Source: Glaucostegus cemiculus (Eukaryota). Taken from it: DNA of 64,000 bases. The stretch lies in NCBI GenBank assembly GCA_976551045.1, contig CDPCPM010000106.1, positions 25,916,001 to 25,980,000 on the forward strand, read 5' to 3'. The first letter of the stretch is position 1; each line of letters opens with the position of its first letter. Under the pieces are notes generated by a model. The model was given only the letters and a program-made list of their open reading frames with translations. It was not told the origin of the DNA and ran no database searches. A program made the position numbers and the translations under genes. Shown one piece after another: positions 40,301-52,225 of this stretch.

Positions 40301-43300
40301 CTGAGGTTGGAACTGGAACATATCTAACAAGAGGCTTACTTTCATGTCAAAATAACAGTGTAAGCAATACTAGAAAGTTACCTACTTCCAAGAATTTTCA
40401 TAATGTATTAACATAAATGGAATACCGTATGCTTTTTTAAGGATTTCCTGGAAAGTATTTGAATCATTATTCTCGTTCAATATTTTTCTGATTTATGAAA
40501 ATGTTCTTTTTGCTTATTCTGAAAAAGAATGCCATGACAACAAAAAAAACTGATAGTGGTTTTTGCTGGGTAAGACTTATTGCAGCAGAAACAAATCCAT
40601 CAGCCAAGTAGATGCAGATGACCTTCAGATGAAATGCTACCCTAAGGTTCCATCTGCCTGTTCCAGGGGTTCAAAGGAAATGTTAAACATCTTCACCGCA
40701 ATTCAAAGATTGGAGAGTTCTCTAGGACTGTACCCCAACTATTGATGCCACCAAAAGGGACAATACTTTTAGTAATAATATGCTGTATAGGGAAAAAGGT
40801 TGGCTGCTTTTCTGTTCTTCAAATTCAATTCTCATGAAACATTAAGATATCCCTGGTGTTATATAAGACCACTGTTCATAAAATATAAAAAATAAACAGT
40901 TATTTTTATTTATATAAGTGATGTACTGCTGAGACCAGTAGTTTCTGTACATCTCTAATTGCCTTTGAGTAGGCTGGTTTCTTGAATAAGGGCAGAGCTC
41001 TTGGTGGAGATACACCCACAGTGCTATTGGAGTGGGAGTTCTGGCGACAATAAAGGAGCTGCAATATATTTACATGACAGGATGGTGGGCAGTTTGGTGA
41101 CACTAAAGGTGGATATGTTTCCATCTGCCCGCTGCACTTATTGTTCTTGGTGGTAGACATTACAAGTTTGGGAGGTGGAGTCAAAATAGCATTACCAAGA
41201 GAGGTCAACAAGTGTGGCATCAACGTGGTAAAACTGAAGTCAATGGAGATCAAAGGGAAGACACAACTGTAGTTAGAGTCATACCTCACACAAAGGAAAG
41301 TGATTTACCAATTAGGTTATTGGCGCATCAAATCTGTGCTGGTTCCCATTCAATCCCATCAATTCTGTTCCCCTGCTTACTTCCCTGTAACTTTTCTTTG
41401 CCGGATGCTGATCAATTCCTCTCTGAATCTCCCACCCTCCGCCTACACTAGATGACCATTTACAGTAGCCAATTATCCTACTTCAATCTCCAAGGCACAT
41501 AAGGTTACAGACCTAATGCCAGTAGATGGAATTCATGTGGAGAGGAACAACAGGCGGCATGAACGTTGTGAGCTGAAGGGCCTGATTCTGTGCTGTATGA
41601 CTCTGTAACCTTTTATGAAGAACTAACAGTGGGAGGTTTAGGCACTACTTAGCTAGTTTCCCATCTTAATAAATCGGAAAAAAATTGAATGAGAATAATG
41701 ATTCAAATACTTTCCAGGAAATCCTTAAAGAAGCATACAGTGCTACCCTCTGCAGCCCGCAGAGGGGAGGGCAGCAATGGCATGCCATGATCCACCCTTG
41801 TAACAGCATGATTTTGGGTCAGTATGGCTTCAAGCAGCAACTTGTATCTGGAAAAGTTAAGTTCAATCCTTACCATGCAGGTCAGCGTCAAGCATTGATG
41901 GCTGTCGGCTGGACAGCGAGTTCAGGCTGGACAGCGATTTGGCCAAGCTATTTGCAAAAAGGAAAGCAAAGTGCACAAGTGCAGTGTTTATGTGGAAGGA
42001 GTTTAGAGGGTTAGGGAACATTGGTGGTAACTGGAACTGAACATAACATCCACTTCACAGTAGGTAATTGAATAGGCATCAGAATTCTAGAAATGGTGTA
42101 GTTTGCTCTTTAATAAGCTTCCTGTCAGAGTTAGGTTGGGGAGTGGAGCAGGAAATTTGCTTCCATTTTAATTACCTAACATTGACTTTCCATCGGCAAC
42201 AGGGAGTTAAAATCTCCCCTAGAAATCCCAGTGGCAAAATATAGTGCAAGGTTGAATAGCAAAGTTGCCAACCCAAACTGGAAAGTTACACAGGAACAGA
42301 AATATATATTCAAACACTCAAGCCCATTTCACCATTCAATGAAACCATGGCTGATTGATATCTCAACTTTATTTTCCAACCTTATGTCATGACACTTGAT
42401 GTCCTTACCAATCAAGACTCTGTCTCAGAACTGAGAAGTTCAATGACTCTTGCCTTTTGAGTTCAATGACAATGGCCTTTTATGAGCAAGAGTTCCATAT
42501 TTCCCAATTTCACTCCTATCTTGACTAAATTTAAGATTACGTGTCCTTGTTCTGGATTACTGCACCAATGGAATAATTTATTCTTATCTACTCTTTTAAG
42601 ATCCCTTATTATTCTAAGCACCTTGATTAAATGATCGTTCAGGTAGAGGCAGCTTTCTGTAGTTATTACGTTGAGTTCTGAGATCTGACAGTGGGCCAAG
42701 GACCTCAGGCCTCCAAGTTCTATGACTCTAAAACTTAACAGATATGTGCACCAACACCACAAAGATTATCAGGACTAACTGCATATGCTTTTGTTTCCTG
42801 AGAGTCTTCCCACTGAGACTGTGGCAACACTGCACTAAGGTTTGGGTGGATTATAATGAAAATAGTAACATCCCATTAGTTACTATAAGCAATCATAAGA
42901 TGGAGCTTAGTTCAAGTGGAACCATTAGGGAATGTCATGAAGTGTGCAGTTAGAGACTTGGAAGGCATACCTGTAGATATTAAACTGGGCAAATATACAG
43001 GTAGCAATATGACATAAGGGAATTTAACCATCAGTTTCACTAGGCTACAGTTACACACCCTTGAACCAGTCTGAAGCAGTTCCTCATGCATGTCAATGCA
43101 AATATTGGCAGTATAGTTTAGGTGTTCATTTGACATCAATCACACTCAAGTGATGTAGCATGAGACTTCCTTACGTCTCTTCTACTGAGCACCAGCTTTG
43201 GTACAGCACTGTCCAGTCTAATGTTCCATCTTACAAGGGTTTAAACTGTGCATTGCATTTCAGTCAGCTGCAATGTAACAATGGTCTGAAGACTGCCCAT

Positions 43301-43584
43301 AGCAAGTAGCAGACATGGCTCACAGAAGACTGAAGAGTTGAAACGCTCTTGGAACTACCAACGCACTCGGATAGTTGCAATATAACAAGGCTTTGTGGAT
43401 GCCAGTGCTAGATGGCAGATACTCAGGTAGCTGCAGTACCTATTTTTTTCCCTTAACTTTTAAATGAAAGACATTATCAATAAAATGACAATCATCTAGA
43501 AGATATGAACGCAGTTTGTACCAATGATGGCAAAATTAACATTTCAACACTACAATTTGAATTTCCTTTTTAGGGAATGTGTCT

Positions 43585-43872
43585 GTAATCAGATCAGGTT
43601 TAGGGTAAAGGGGAAGAAGATTTTGAGGGGATTTGAGGAAGAAATGTTTCACCTAAGGGCTGGTTGAAACCTGGAATGCACTGCCTTAGTGGGTGATGGT
43701 GGCAGGTCCTCACACAATATGTAAGAAACATTTAGATGGAACATTTGAAACCCCATGACGTAGAAGCTATGGGCAGAGTGCTGCGAAACAGGGTTGGTGA
43801 TGGAAGGAACTTGATGGCCAGCAGGGACACGGTGGAGCAAAAGGCCTGACCTTGTGCTATATTACTCCATGA
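43585..43872 (+). mobile_element. CR1 LINE 3' fragment
   Basis: gtttagggtaaaggggaagaagattttgagggggatttgaggaagaaatgtttcacc...aaggcctgaccttgtgctatattactccatgac. Confidence 0.7.
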
Positions 43873-46059
43873 CCTTACTTTCAAATTAACCTCTGCACCA
43901 AATAATAAAAACAACCACCACATCTAGGTTTGTTTTCACTTTTCTGAAATTGTGTAACTTTATGGTACATAAAAAGATGAACATAAAACTTCATTGAACA
44001 GTTTATTTAAATAAAACCAGGAAAAAAGTCATCATATGTAAAGAGAAAATCAGAGAAGTAAATAACAGAAGTATGTATAACTTGTGGTATAATGGTTCAA
44101 AAGTTTGGTGGCTCTTCTGCGGAAGTGGCATAACCCTGCTCAGCTCTCCCTCACGTATCAGAATGGTCTCTGAATAAGAGCAATATCACCTCACTCTCCT
44201 ATGTGGTGCAATCTATCACATTATGCCAAATAATAAGTGGCATGAAGTATATAGATATTGTTTAAATGCAGTGGTAATTGTGGCTCAGTTATAACTTCCA
44301 TCTCCATTTCAGAAAGTTGTGAGTTTATGTTATGTTTGGAGACTTCAGCAAAAAAATCAAGACTGACATGAAGTGCCGTAGAAAAGAAGTACTTTAGAGT
44401 TGCCCTCTATGAGATGAGACATTAAACCTTCCACTCTTGGGTGGTTATAAAAGGTTAAATTGTTCTATTTCGGTATTATCTCAGTACACGTGACAATAAA
44501 AAGCCAATAACAATACCATCCTGAAGCTGTTACATCCAAGGTCCTGCCCATATTTATCTCTTAGTCATTGCTGTTTGTTGGAGCTTGCCTCGTGCACATT
44601 AACTACCATAAATCTGACATTATTGAAGCATATAGCAAACAGGACCAAGGGGCCCCATAATAATCACCTAAAAAGTGTGAGGATATGGACATGTGTATGC
44701 ATTTGCCTCTAACCTAAACACATCATGTATGACCCTGCAAAAGCAGGTAAATTTGAAACCTTGCACATGCCTCTATCACATTACACCCATCTTTACATTG
44801 TAGAAGTACTTCACTGGTTGCAAAGTTTTCTGAGACTTCCTGAGGTCATATAAACTGTAATATTTTTTGTTTTTTATCAACCCAATTACTAAAATTGGTT
44901 AATTTTAAAATATGTAAATTGGTAAATTTGTTGTCAAATTAATAATGAAGAAGGGTTAAGGGTGATGGTTCATCACATAAACTCCCCCTTAGTCGGTCAT
45001 ATCATTTCTGAATCACAGTCCTATGTGGAATGACCAGGAGAAACAACTCTGCTGATCAGATTCCAGCTTTCTGCTGAAATCTGATCATGTGGGCCAAACC
45101 ATTCTTCAGCTGCAAATTAAAAGCATTGAGTATTCTGTGCTCACATCTTCACTAGACAGTATTATGTGTTTTATATTCAAATAAATGAAATGCCAGGGAA
45201 GCAACAAAGTTATACGTTATATTAATATATCAGTGGGAAGCTAAGTGATTAACTCTTACAGCGCATATGATTCTGAAGTGGACAAAATCTAACACAAAGT
45301 ATCCTGACTGTGCTTCTAAACCGTGTGGCAGACAGTATTGGAACATATATGATTTCCAGCTTCAGACAACCTGCTTATCTAGGTGAGTTGCCATGTGAAA
45401 CAATACACTGTGTCTGCACCTGTTGTGCAGAACACATACTGTCAGATATAATCAGGTTCATTACCAGGAATCATTGGAGATGAATTGGTCACATGCTCGG
45501 ATCATTTGTTTTTTTTCAGATGTTCAAAGAAGCAGGTGCCCTGTGAACTGTAAATATTTTGGCCTCCCCATGTCTTGGCAGTAGAGATGCTAAAGAATTG
45601 TTTTCAATCAAATAGACTGCAATACGTAAAAAAATGCCAACATCTTTAATTATTGCCAGGTCACTACATCTGGCAACAAGTAAAGGTGTTGGCATTGTTT
45701 AGCTTACCAGGTTATTGCAAATGCTGTTAACTAAAGGACTGCTCCTCATGAAAAGGTTGTCAGATGAAACTACAATTCACAGTGGTAATGGAGTTTTGCA
45801 TGCGATTCTTTTAACTCTTTTTTAACTTTTTCTGAGGAGTTGTTCTCTTTCTGTTGTCACTGTGGCCTTGTTTTTAGCACTCTTCCCTCACGGTCGGAAA
45901 GTTGTATGTTCAGGCTAACAGTTGAAGACAATTCTGTAATAGAATAGCAATAAGATGGACAACTGAAGATAAATGAAAATGAAACCGTCCTGAAACAACA
46001 TGGCCAAGAGCTGTGAAAAACCTGGAGCACTGCTGAGGAACCACTGAAAGACTTACCAG

Positions 46060-46975
46060 AAATAGATAAGGATGGAAGAGCTTCACTGGTGCCTGAAGAC
46101 TTCTGCGAATGATTATATACTGTTCAATTCCATTAGTAACTCATCGGCAAATGAAGCAACCCGTTCCAGCATGCAGCAACAGTTCAGGCATGGGCTAATA
46201 AGTGGTAAATCACATTCATGTCCCAAATTGCTGGGCAATGACAATCTCCATTAGGAGAGAGTCTAACCATTCATCCTTGACATTCAATGGCAATGGCCTG
46301 GCATTAACCTCCTAGGGGTCATTGTTGACAAGAATGTCAGTAGAAACAGCCATATAAATACCATGGAGGAGGTCAAAGGCTGAGTATCCTGCAGCAAGTG
46401 ATTCACCTCCAGCTCCTGATACCCAAAGGCATTTCCACCATCTATAAAGTTCAAGTCATTAATGTGATAGAACACTCTCTTCCTGCCGGGAAAGAGCAGA
46501 GCCAGAACTCACAAGGAGCTCAACGTGATCCAAGCCAAAGCAACCTGATTCGTCTGTAGCCCATACCATCCTAAACATTCATTCCTTCCACCATCAATGA
46601 AATGTGGCTGCAATATTTACCATCTACAAAAATCACTGCAGTTACTTGCCCAGACTACTCTCACAACGCCTTCCAAGCCCATGATTTCCACCACCAAGAA
46701 GGACAAAGGCATGAGCTTCATGCGAATACCACCACCTCCTAGTTCCGCTACAACTTGCACATCATATTGACTTGGAAATATACTGCCAGTCTTCATCATT
46801 GGTAAGTCTAACTTCCGGGACTCCCTACCCAAGGCACAGTGGGAGTACTTTGCCGAAAGACTACAATAGTTCATTGAGGGAGCTCACGACCAACTTCTCA
46901 AGGACGATTATAGGGATAGGCAATAAGCGCTGGTCTTGCCAGTGAAATCCGCATTCTGAAAATGAATTTTAAAAA
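46060..46975 (+). mobile_element. Degenerate CR1/L2-group LINE 3' region
   Basis: RT-like gcgaatgattatatactgttc and ctaggggtcattgttgac segments. The family tail gggcaataa..gctggtcttgccagtga..catt ctgaaaatgaat also appears at about 34900 and 52640. Confidence 0.6.
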
Positions 46976-49900
46976 AGACACCAGAGGCATTAATGGGTAG
47001 CATGTAAAAGCAAAAATCCTCTTAGTAGTAATAACAAGCTTATTCTTAGAGACTTGCTGGCTCCCCCAACAAAATCAACCAACAAGAGAAGGGACTACTT
47101 AACACACTTGAATAAGTATCCCACTGTGCACCCCTTACTGTGAATCCAGCATATAACTCTTCTCAAAATCTGCAGTCATAAATATCTCACTATACTAAGC
47201 ACCCATCCAAGTATCAAAGGATGCATTTCCTGCCTAGCAGTTGCTATTGAGGTACTGTCTAGATTTAAAATCTTTCTAGTTCCAAAGGCCTAGTGAAAAG
47301 TGAATTAAATCCACAGGGAATTCTGGAAAAGTTAGCCAACTTCAATATTCTGCCTGATATTTTTGCACTCTCAGGTAATCCTGCAATGAATAGGATTATT
47401 GATTATTCCACAATATTTCACTTTGGGCTTCAGTTAAATGAAAAGAAAAACTTAATAACTCAAATAAAGAAGATATTCACATTCCATACAACCTTCTAAT
47501 AATGAGATACAAGGACAGTTTTGCCTAACTTTGCTTACTCATACCTTTGATCATTCAGATACAAAAAGTAACCTTTGCATTGGTACACAGGCTAAAAGAA
47601 GCAGAATGAAGATAATGTCACTGTGTATATATCTGTCTAGAAACATTGCAAGGGACCTGAAGCCGTCAAAGTGTTAACATCTTGAAATAATGAAAGTGAA
47701 AGAAAGAGGGAAAGTGCAGTCAAACTTTAATCATTGGAGGAGAATTAAATCATAATCTAATTGATTTATGACTTTATCAGATGTGTCAAGGAGTGAGCTA
47801 TTACTTCCACTGAAGTAATTACAGTCACCTTTGAAACAACTTTAATTGATTGTAACTTTGTTTCAGAGCCAGTTATTTATCAGTATGTTGGCCATAGGTC
47901 TTGGACTTTACAGCAGTAACTAGGCTTCAAAACACTAGGTTGTAAAATACTTCGTAAAGTCCTGTACTCATAAAAGAAGCTATAGGATACAAATTTCATT
48001 CACTTTCTGGTGTGTGTTAATCTAAATTTTCTTTATCAGCTGATGTTGTTCTGTGGCCATAAATAAATGATCCAATCATAATCTTTACCAATAGATGTAG
48101 TACTTGTATTGTGTTGCTTCAGAACCTGCAGGGATCTCATAGCTGTTACACATGGACCTGCTAGCTTTTCCCACATAAACATTACTAAGTTTGGGATTCC
48201 CATTTGGAAGTCCCATTTAATGCCAAACTTTCCCTAATGCTCTCTATATTTTGGACTCCTCATGGAGCCGAGCAGCAGAGACTGAAGTTGCTGCAATTGC
48301 ACTGAAGAATTTACTCAGAAAATCTAGATTTAAAAAAACCATGCCATCCATTCATTTGAATGGAGTGGAATGGCTGAAAGATGAATGACGTGTATTAACC
48401 AATTTTTTTGTTGTTGAATCTAATTGAGGTAATTGTTTTAAATCAATGACTTTGTGCCTTAATTGTGAAGCTTTTTACAGTAATGTAAAACAACATAACT
48501 AACAATGTTCACAGCAATGGATTATCAACTGGATAGAAACTTTCAGATGTATTTTCAGATGCGGTAAATATTTCTTTCACAGTTTCTAATTTCTTTGTGT
48601 ACTATTTCTTAGTTTAAAACTAGAATGAATAGATTTCCAAATGCTTTTTATAAAGAAATGGTTTCACTTATCAGCAAAGGTATAGTTTAATTTCCCGACA
48701 CTGGGACCAGTGGCTTGGTTTTATCAGGTCTTGGGATTTACTGATGTGAATGACTGATCTCTGTAGCGTTATCCAACACATTGCATCAGAGGAAGAGCCA
48801 AAACACAGCCTTCAAATGTATTCGTTTACATCTTACGTTGTAAGATCATTTCAAAAATGTGCTTTCATTCTGTCACTTACAAAAGATAAACTCCTGAATG
48901 TAATGATTTTCACAAAATTGTTATAAAGCCATGTGGTGATGCACATCAGTGAGTCAAACTTGCCAAACTGTTGACGTTATAGTGATTTGGCTTGTTACTG
49001 ACACCTTGCCAGATGGAACACAGTCTACAGTGCATTCCTTCAAAGTGAAATACTGGGCAATACAACTCAGCTGATCTATCTTACTTAGGTTCCTTTGTTG
49101 CATCCTTTTGCAGTTATGCTTTAAGTTACTTCATAAATAATTCCATTCACTGGGATTGCTTCTCATTCTTTCTATTGTACCTCTTTCTGAAATCAACGGA
49201 ATAAAATCTGACTAAGTAACTTATGGAATGAATAACTCAACACACCTCTCAAATATAAGGCTATAATTTATAACATAAGGAGTGTACCAGGTTTAAAATG
49301 TACTTTTTGATATTTATTATTATTGAGAATTTTTGGAATGGGATTTTTAAAATATATAATTTTCAATATTAGAGTAAAATGTGAATAAAATGGACTAATA
49401 TAGTGCAGCAGCAAGTATTTCACCAGTACTGTGTGCCCACTAATAAATGAAAACAAATTTCTTGGTTGTAACACAGCACATGGCAAATTCAAGAGTTTTC
49501 AGTAGGTTAAGGGAAATCTGATAACAGTTTGTTGTCCTTAGTAAACAGGGAGAGCTTGCAGGGTGAGCTATTCTTGCCCTTTTGATGCACCTCTTATTAC
49601 ATTTATGAGTCAGAGAGTGTGTGGGAAAACTAACAAGAGTGGGAAGATAATTGAGTAATGAAAGGAAAGGGATCATGGAAATAACACTACAACGAAAATG
49701 AAATTTTACATAAGATTCATAAAAGTAAATTTGGGTGATTAGTGCATTCAGAGCAGCATTCAGGTGCCGATTTTGATCTCCGAAGCTTCAAATTTGATAA
49801 CTTCTTTTTGGTACTATGGTGTTCTATCATCCACTACTACCCATACAAAGTTGTCAAGCCAAGGCGGGAGGAAACACAAAACTACATTCATGACAACGTT

Positions 49901-50179
49901 TTAGCCCTAGCAATATTAGCTGATTCTCTCACTGTTCCTGCATTTTTGATGTAAACATCCTGGTTTTGCCTTAGAAAAAAAATTTGCAATTCTATTCCCT
50001 TTTATTTGGTTTGCAGTAATTATACTGACAGGTGCAGAAAATAATTTGGCTATTGACCTTTCATTATTGAAGCATCAATACATGTGTTTTAAAAAATTAC
50101 TTTATTCATAAAATTTGCATATGTATGACATTGAATATTCATAGATCATAATTTTTAGTACAAGCCATGTCACTTCATT

Positions 50180-51000
50180 TATGTCAGTGTGATATCAATT
50201 TTTCCTTTACATAAGTTCCTTGAGTGTTTTTGTAGTTTCCAGCCCCTCAGTGTGTAGTGGCAGGAGGGGCTTAAACTGTGGTCCTTCCACACGGAACCTT
50301 TGCAGCAGAAAGACCAGTGAGGTATGGGCAGCCCAAAGGGAATCTTTCACTGAGCTGCTGGTCTTCAGGCTGCAGTTGGTATCTGTCTCCATATGTTCAC
50401 CTTGGAACAGCCTGTAGAGCACAGAGCCCTATGTAAGGCCTCTGTTTGGGATGAATCTTGACAAAAACGATTGCACCTCTTTGCAGATCTTCTCGGCAAA
50501 TGCACAATCCAGAATGTCTTCAACAGTCTACTTGGGACATCATTTGACTTGATCCATCATCATTTTTTTTTCTTTGAGAACATTCCATACAGACCCTGGT
50601 TGACTTGAAGTCCGAAGTATTCTTCTCGATGGAAACAGTCCACATGAAAGGAATGTTGCATGACACCATGGCCAAACCCATTCCTTCCACCATCAGGGCC
50701 AGAATAGTACCTTAGGATGTTGTGACACTAAGTGCTTGTATACTCAGGGTCTATGCATTACTTGACAAAGATAGCAATCAGGATGAAGCCCATATTAGGT
50801 ACATGTTTCCCCACTTCCTTCAGAAATGTGTACATCATGATTTGTGTGCACAATCCATTTTCAATCTCCAGATAAAACTGGAAAATGGCTCGAGTCAACA
50901 CTGCAGTGCAAGCACAAGGTATGGACCATACCTGCACCACACACAGCAACTGTGAGATCACCTCAAACCTGACGACCAGGAGGAAGTGTTGCTGCCAGAA
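50180..51000 (-). mobile_element. Tx1/L1-clade LINE ORF2 relic
   Basis: LYRLFQGEHMETDTNCSLKTSSSVKDSLWAAHTSLVF resembles the post-zinc-knuckle C-terminus of Tx1-type elements. Confidence 0.6.
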
Positions 51001-51204
51001 TCTCAATTTCTGGTTCACCTTATCTATATACCTCACTTCATGTTCAGTGCATGCTGAGTCAAGAGATATGGAATTAGTGCAGGGAGGTGGAACTGAAGTA
51101 AACACTCAGCCACAGTGTTATTGAACATTAGAGCAGATGAAAAGGTCTTCTTATGCTTCTATTTCTTTGATCATATTTAAAATGTACACCCAGAAACCTC
51201 AGGT

Positions 51205-51482
51205 AATTGAACCTTAAGTTGAGAGGGGAGAGGTTTAGTAGGAAATTGAGGGACAACCTTTTCAGCTAGAGAATGGTCATTATATGGAATGAGCTGCCAG
51301 ACGAAGTGGTTGAGGCAGGTCCATTAACAACATTTAGAAGGTACTTGGATAGGTACATGGATAGGAGAGGTTTAGAGGGATATGGGCCAAATGTAGGCAA
51401 CGCTTAGATGGGAATCTTGGTCAGCATGGACCACTTGGACAAAAGGGCCTGTTTCTGTGCTTTGTGACTCTATGACTCTATG
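51205..51482 (+). mobile_element. CR1 LINE 3' fragment
   Basis: tatatggaatgagctgccagacgaagtggttgaggcagg..., ending (TGACTCTA)n. Confidence 0.8.
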
Positions 51483-52164
51483 GCGGTGGTGGAAACATAG
51501 ATTCAATAGGACCAGTTGCCCGAAGACACAGTCTTGGTTTCACTCAGGCTCCTGAGACCAGTTTGGACTGGTCATAGATGCTTATCAATCTGCAGACTGA
51601 CAGTGGGTCCAAGCAGAAGACGTTGCCCATGTAAAGTGGGGCATATACCTGAGCACCTCTGCTGCCAGGAATCATCACCCCATTTATGCCTATATCCTTC
51701 CTGATGAACTTGGAACATTCTGTAACTACAACACAAGAACAAGACATAAAAGAGGGAGTAACTTTGCATAACCCCATATTTCATTGGGATGATTTTTTGT
51801 TTCGTAATCATTAATATGGACTGTCTTACTGATGTCTGTGTAGAGCAGTCATATCCAATTGCAGATCCCTTCCACAAACTCCATCATATACAAGTGTGAT
51901 ATTCTGTCAAATACTTTCTCCTAGTCCAAACTGACTAAGCAAAGATCCATGCCCAGGTCTTGTCTCCCTGTGCAGCTTCAGTGCTGGTGAGGTCTTCCTG
52001 CTGGGTGCAGTGCAGGTCTGATCTGGGTTAGTCACCAGTCCCAGAGCCAACCGAGGTCAATAAAATTACTTGCGTGCACAGAATGTTTCTTGGTGGTTAA
52101 GTAATGCCAGAAGACTAAACAATTAGAGAGCAAACAGATCAGCCAACATTCTTGTCACACACCC

Positions 52165-52225
52165 TGTGAGACCCTGTCATGCAGAGCCAGTCCTGGTTAG
52201 TACTTGGATAAAGGAATGCCTACAG
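52165..52225 (+). mobile_element. 5S rRNA-derived fragment (SINE3/AmnSINE-like head or 5S pseudogene)
   Basis: cctggttagtacttggat matches the 5S rRNA internal control region exactly for 18 nt. The flanks are degenerate. Confidence 0.5.

Larger units (their letters stand above)
29158..48323 (-). pseudogene. Unprocessed multi-exon pseudogene, probably an ARHGEF33-like Rho guanine nucleotide exchange factor (coiled coil plus DH domain)
   Basis: Exon-sized blocks, all on - and mostly bounded by AG/GT: about 48323-48117, 45589-45259, 45109-44985, 44198-44082, 43439-43175, 41947-41747, 39072-38957, 38835-38621, 36895-36740, 30735-30611, 30199-30023, plus a terminal block ending at 29158. The 5' blocks give, in order, NSSVQLQQLQSL, QISAE/LESDQQ, NF/EPLYHKYCSYLSIC and LTCMVRIELNFSRYKLLLE, collinear with ARHGEF33 motifs as I recall them. 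Many in-frame stops and frameshifts. Confidence 0.5.
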
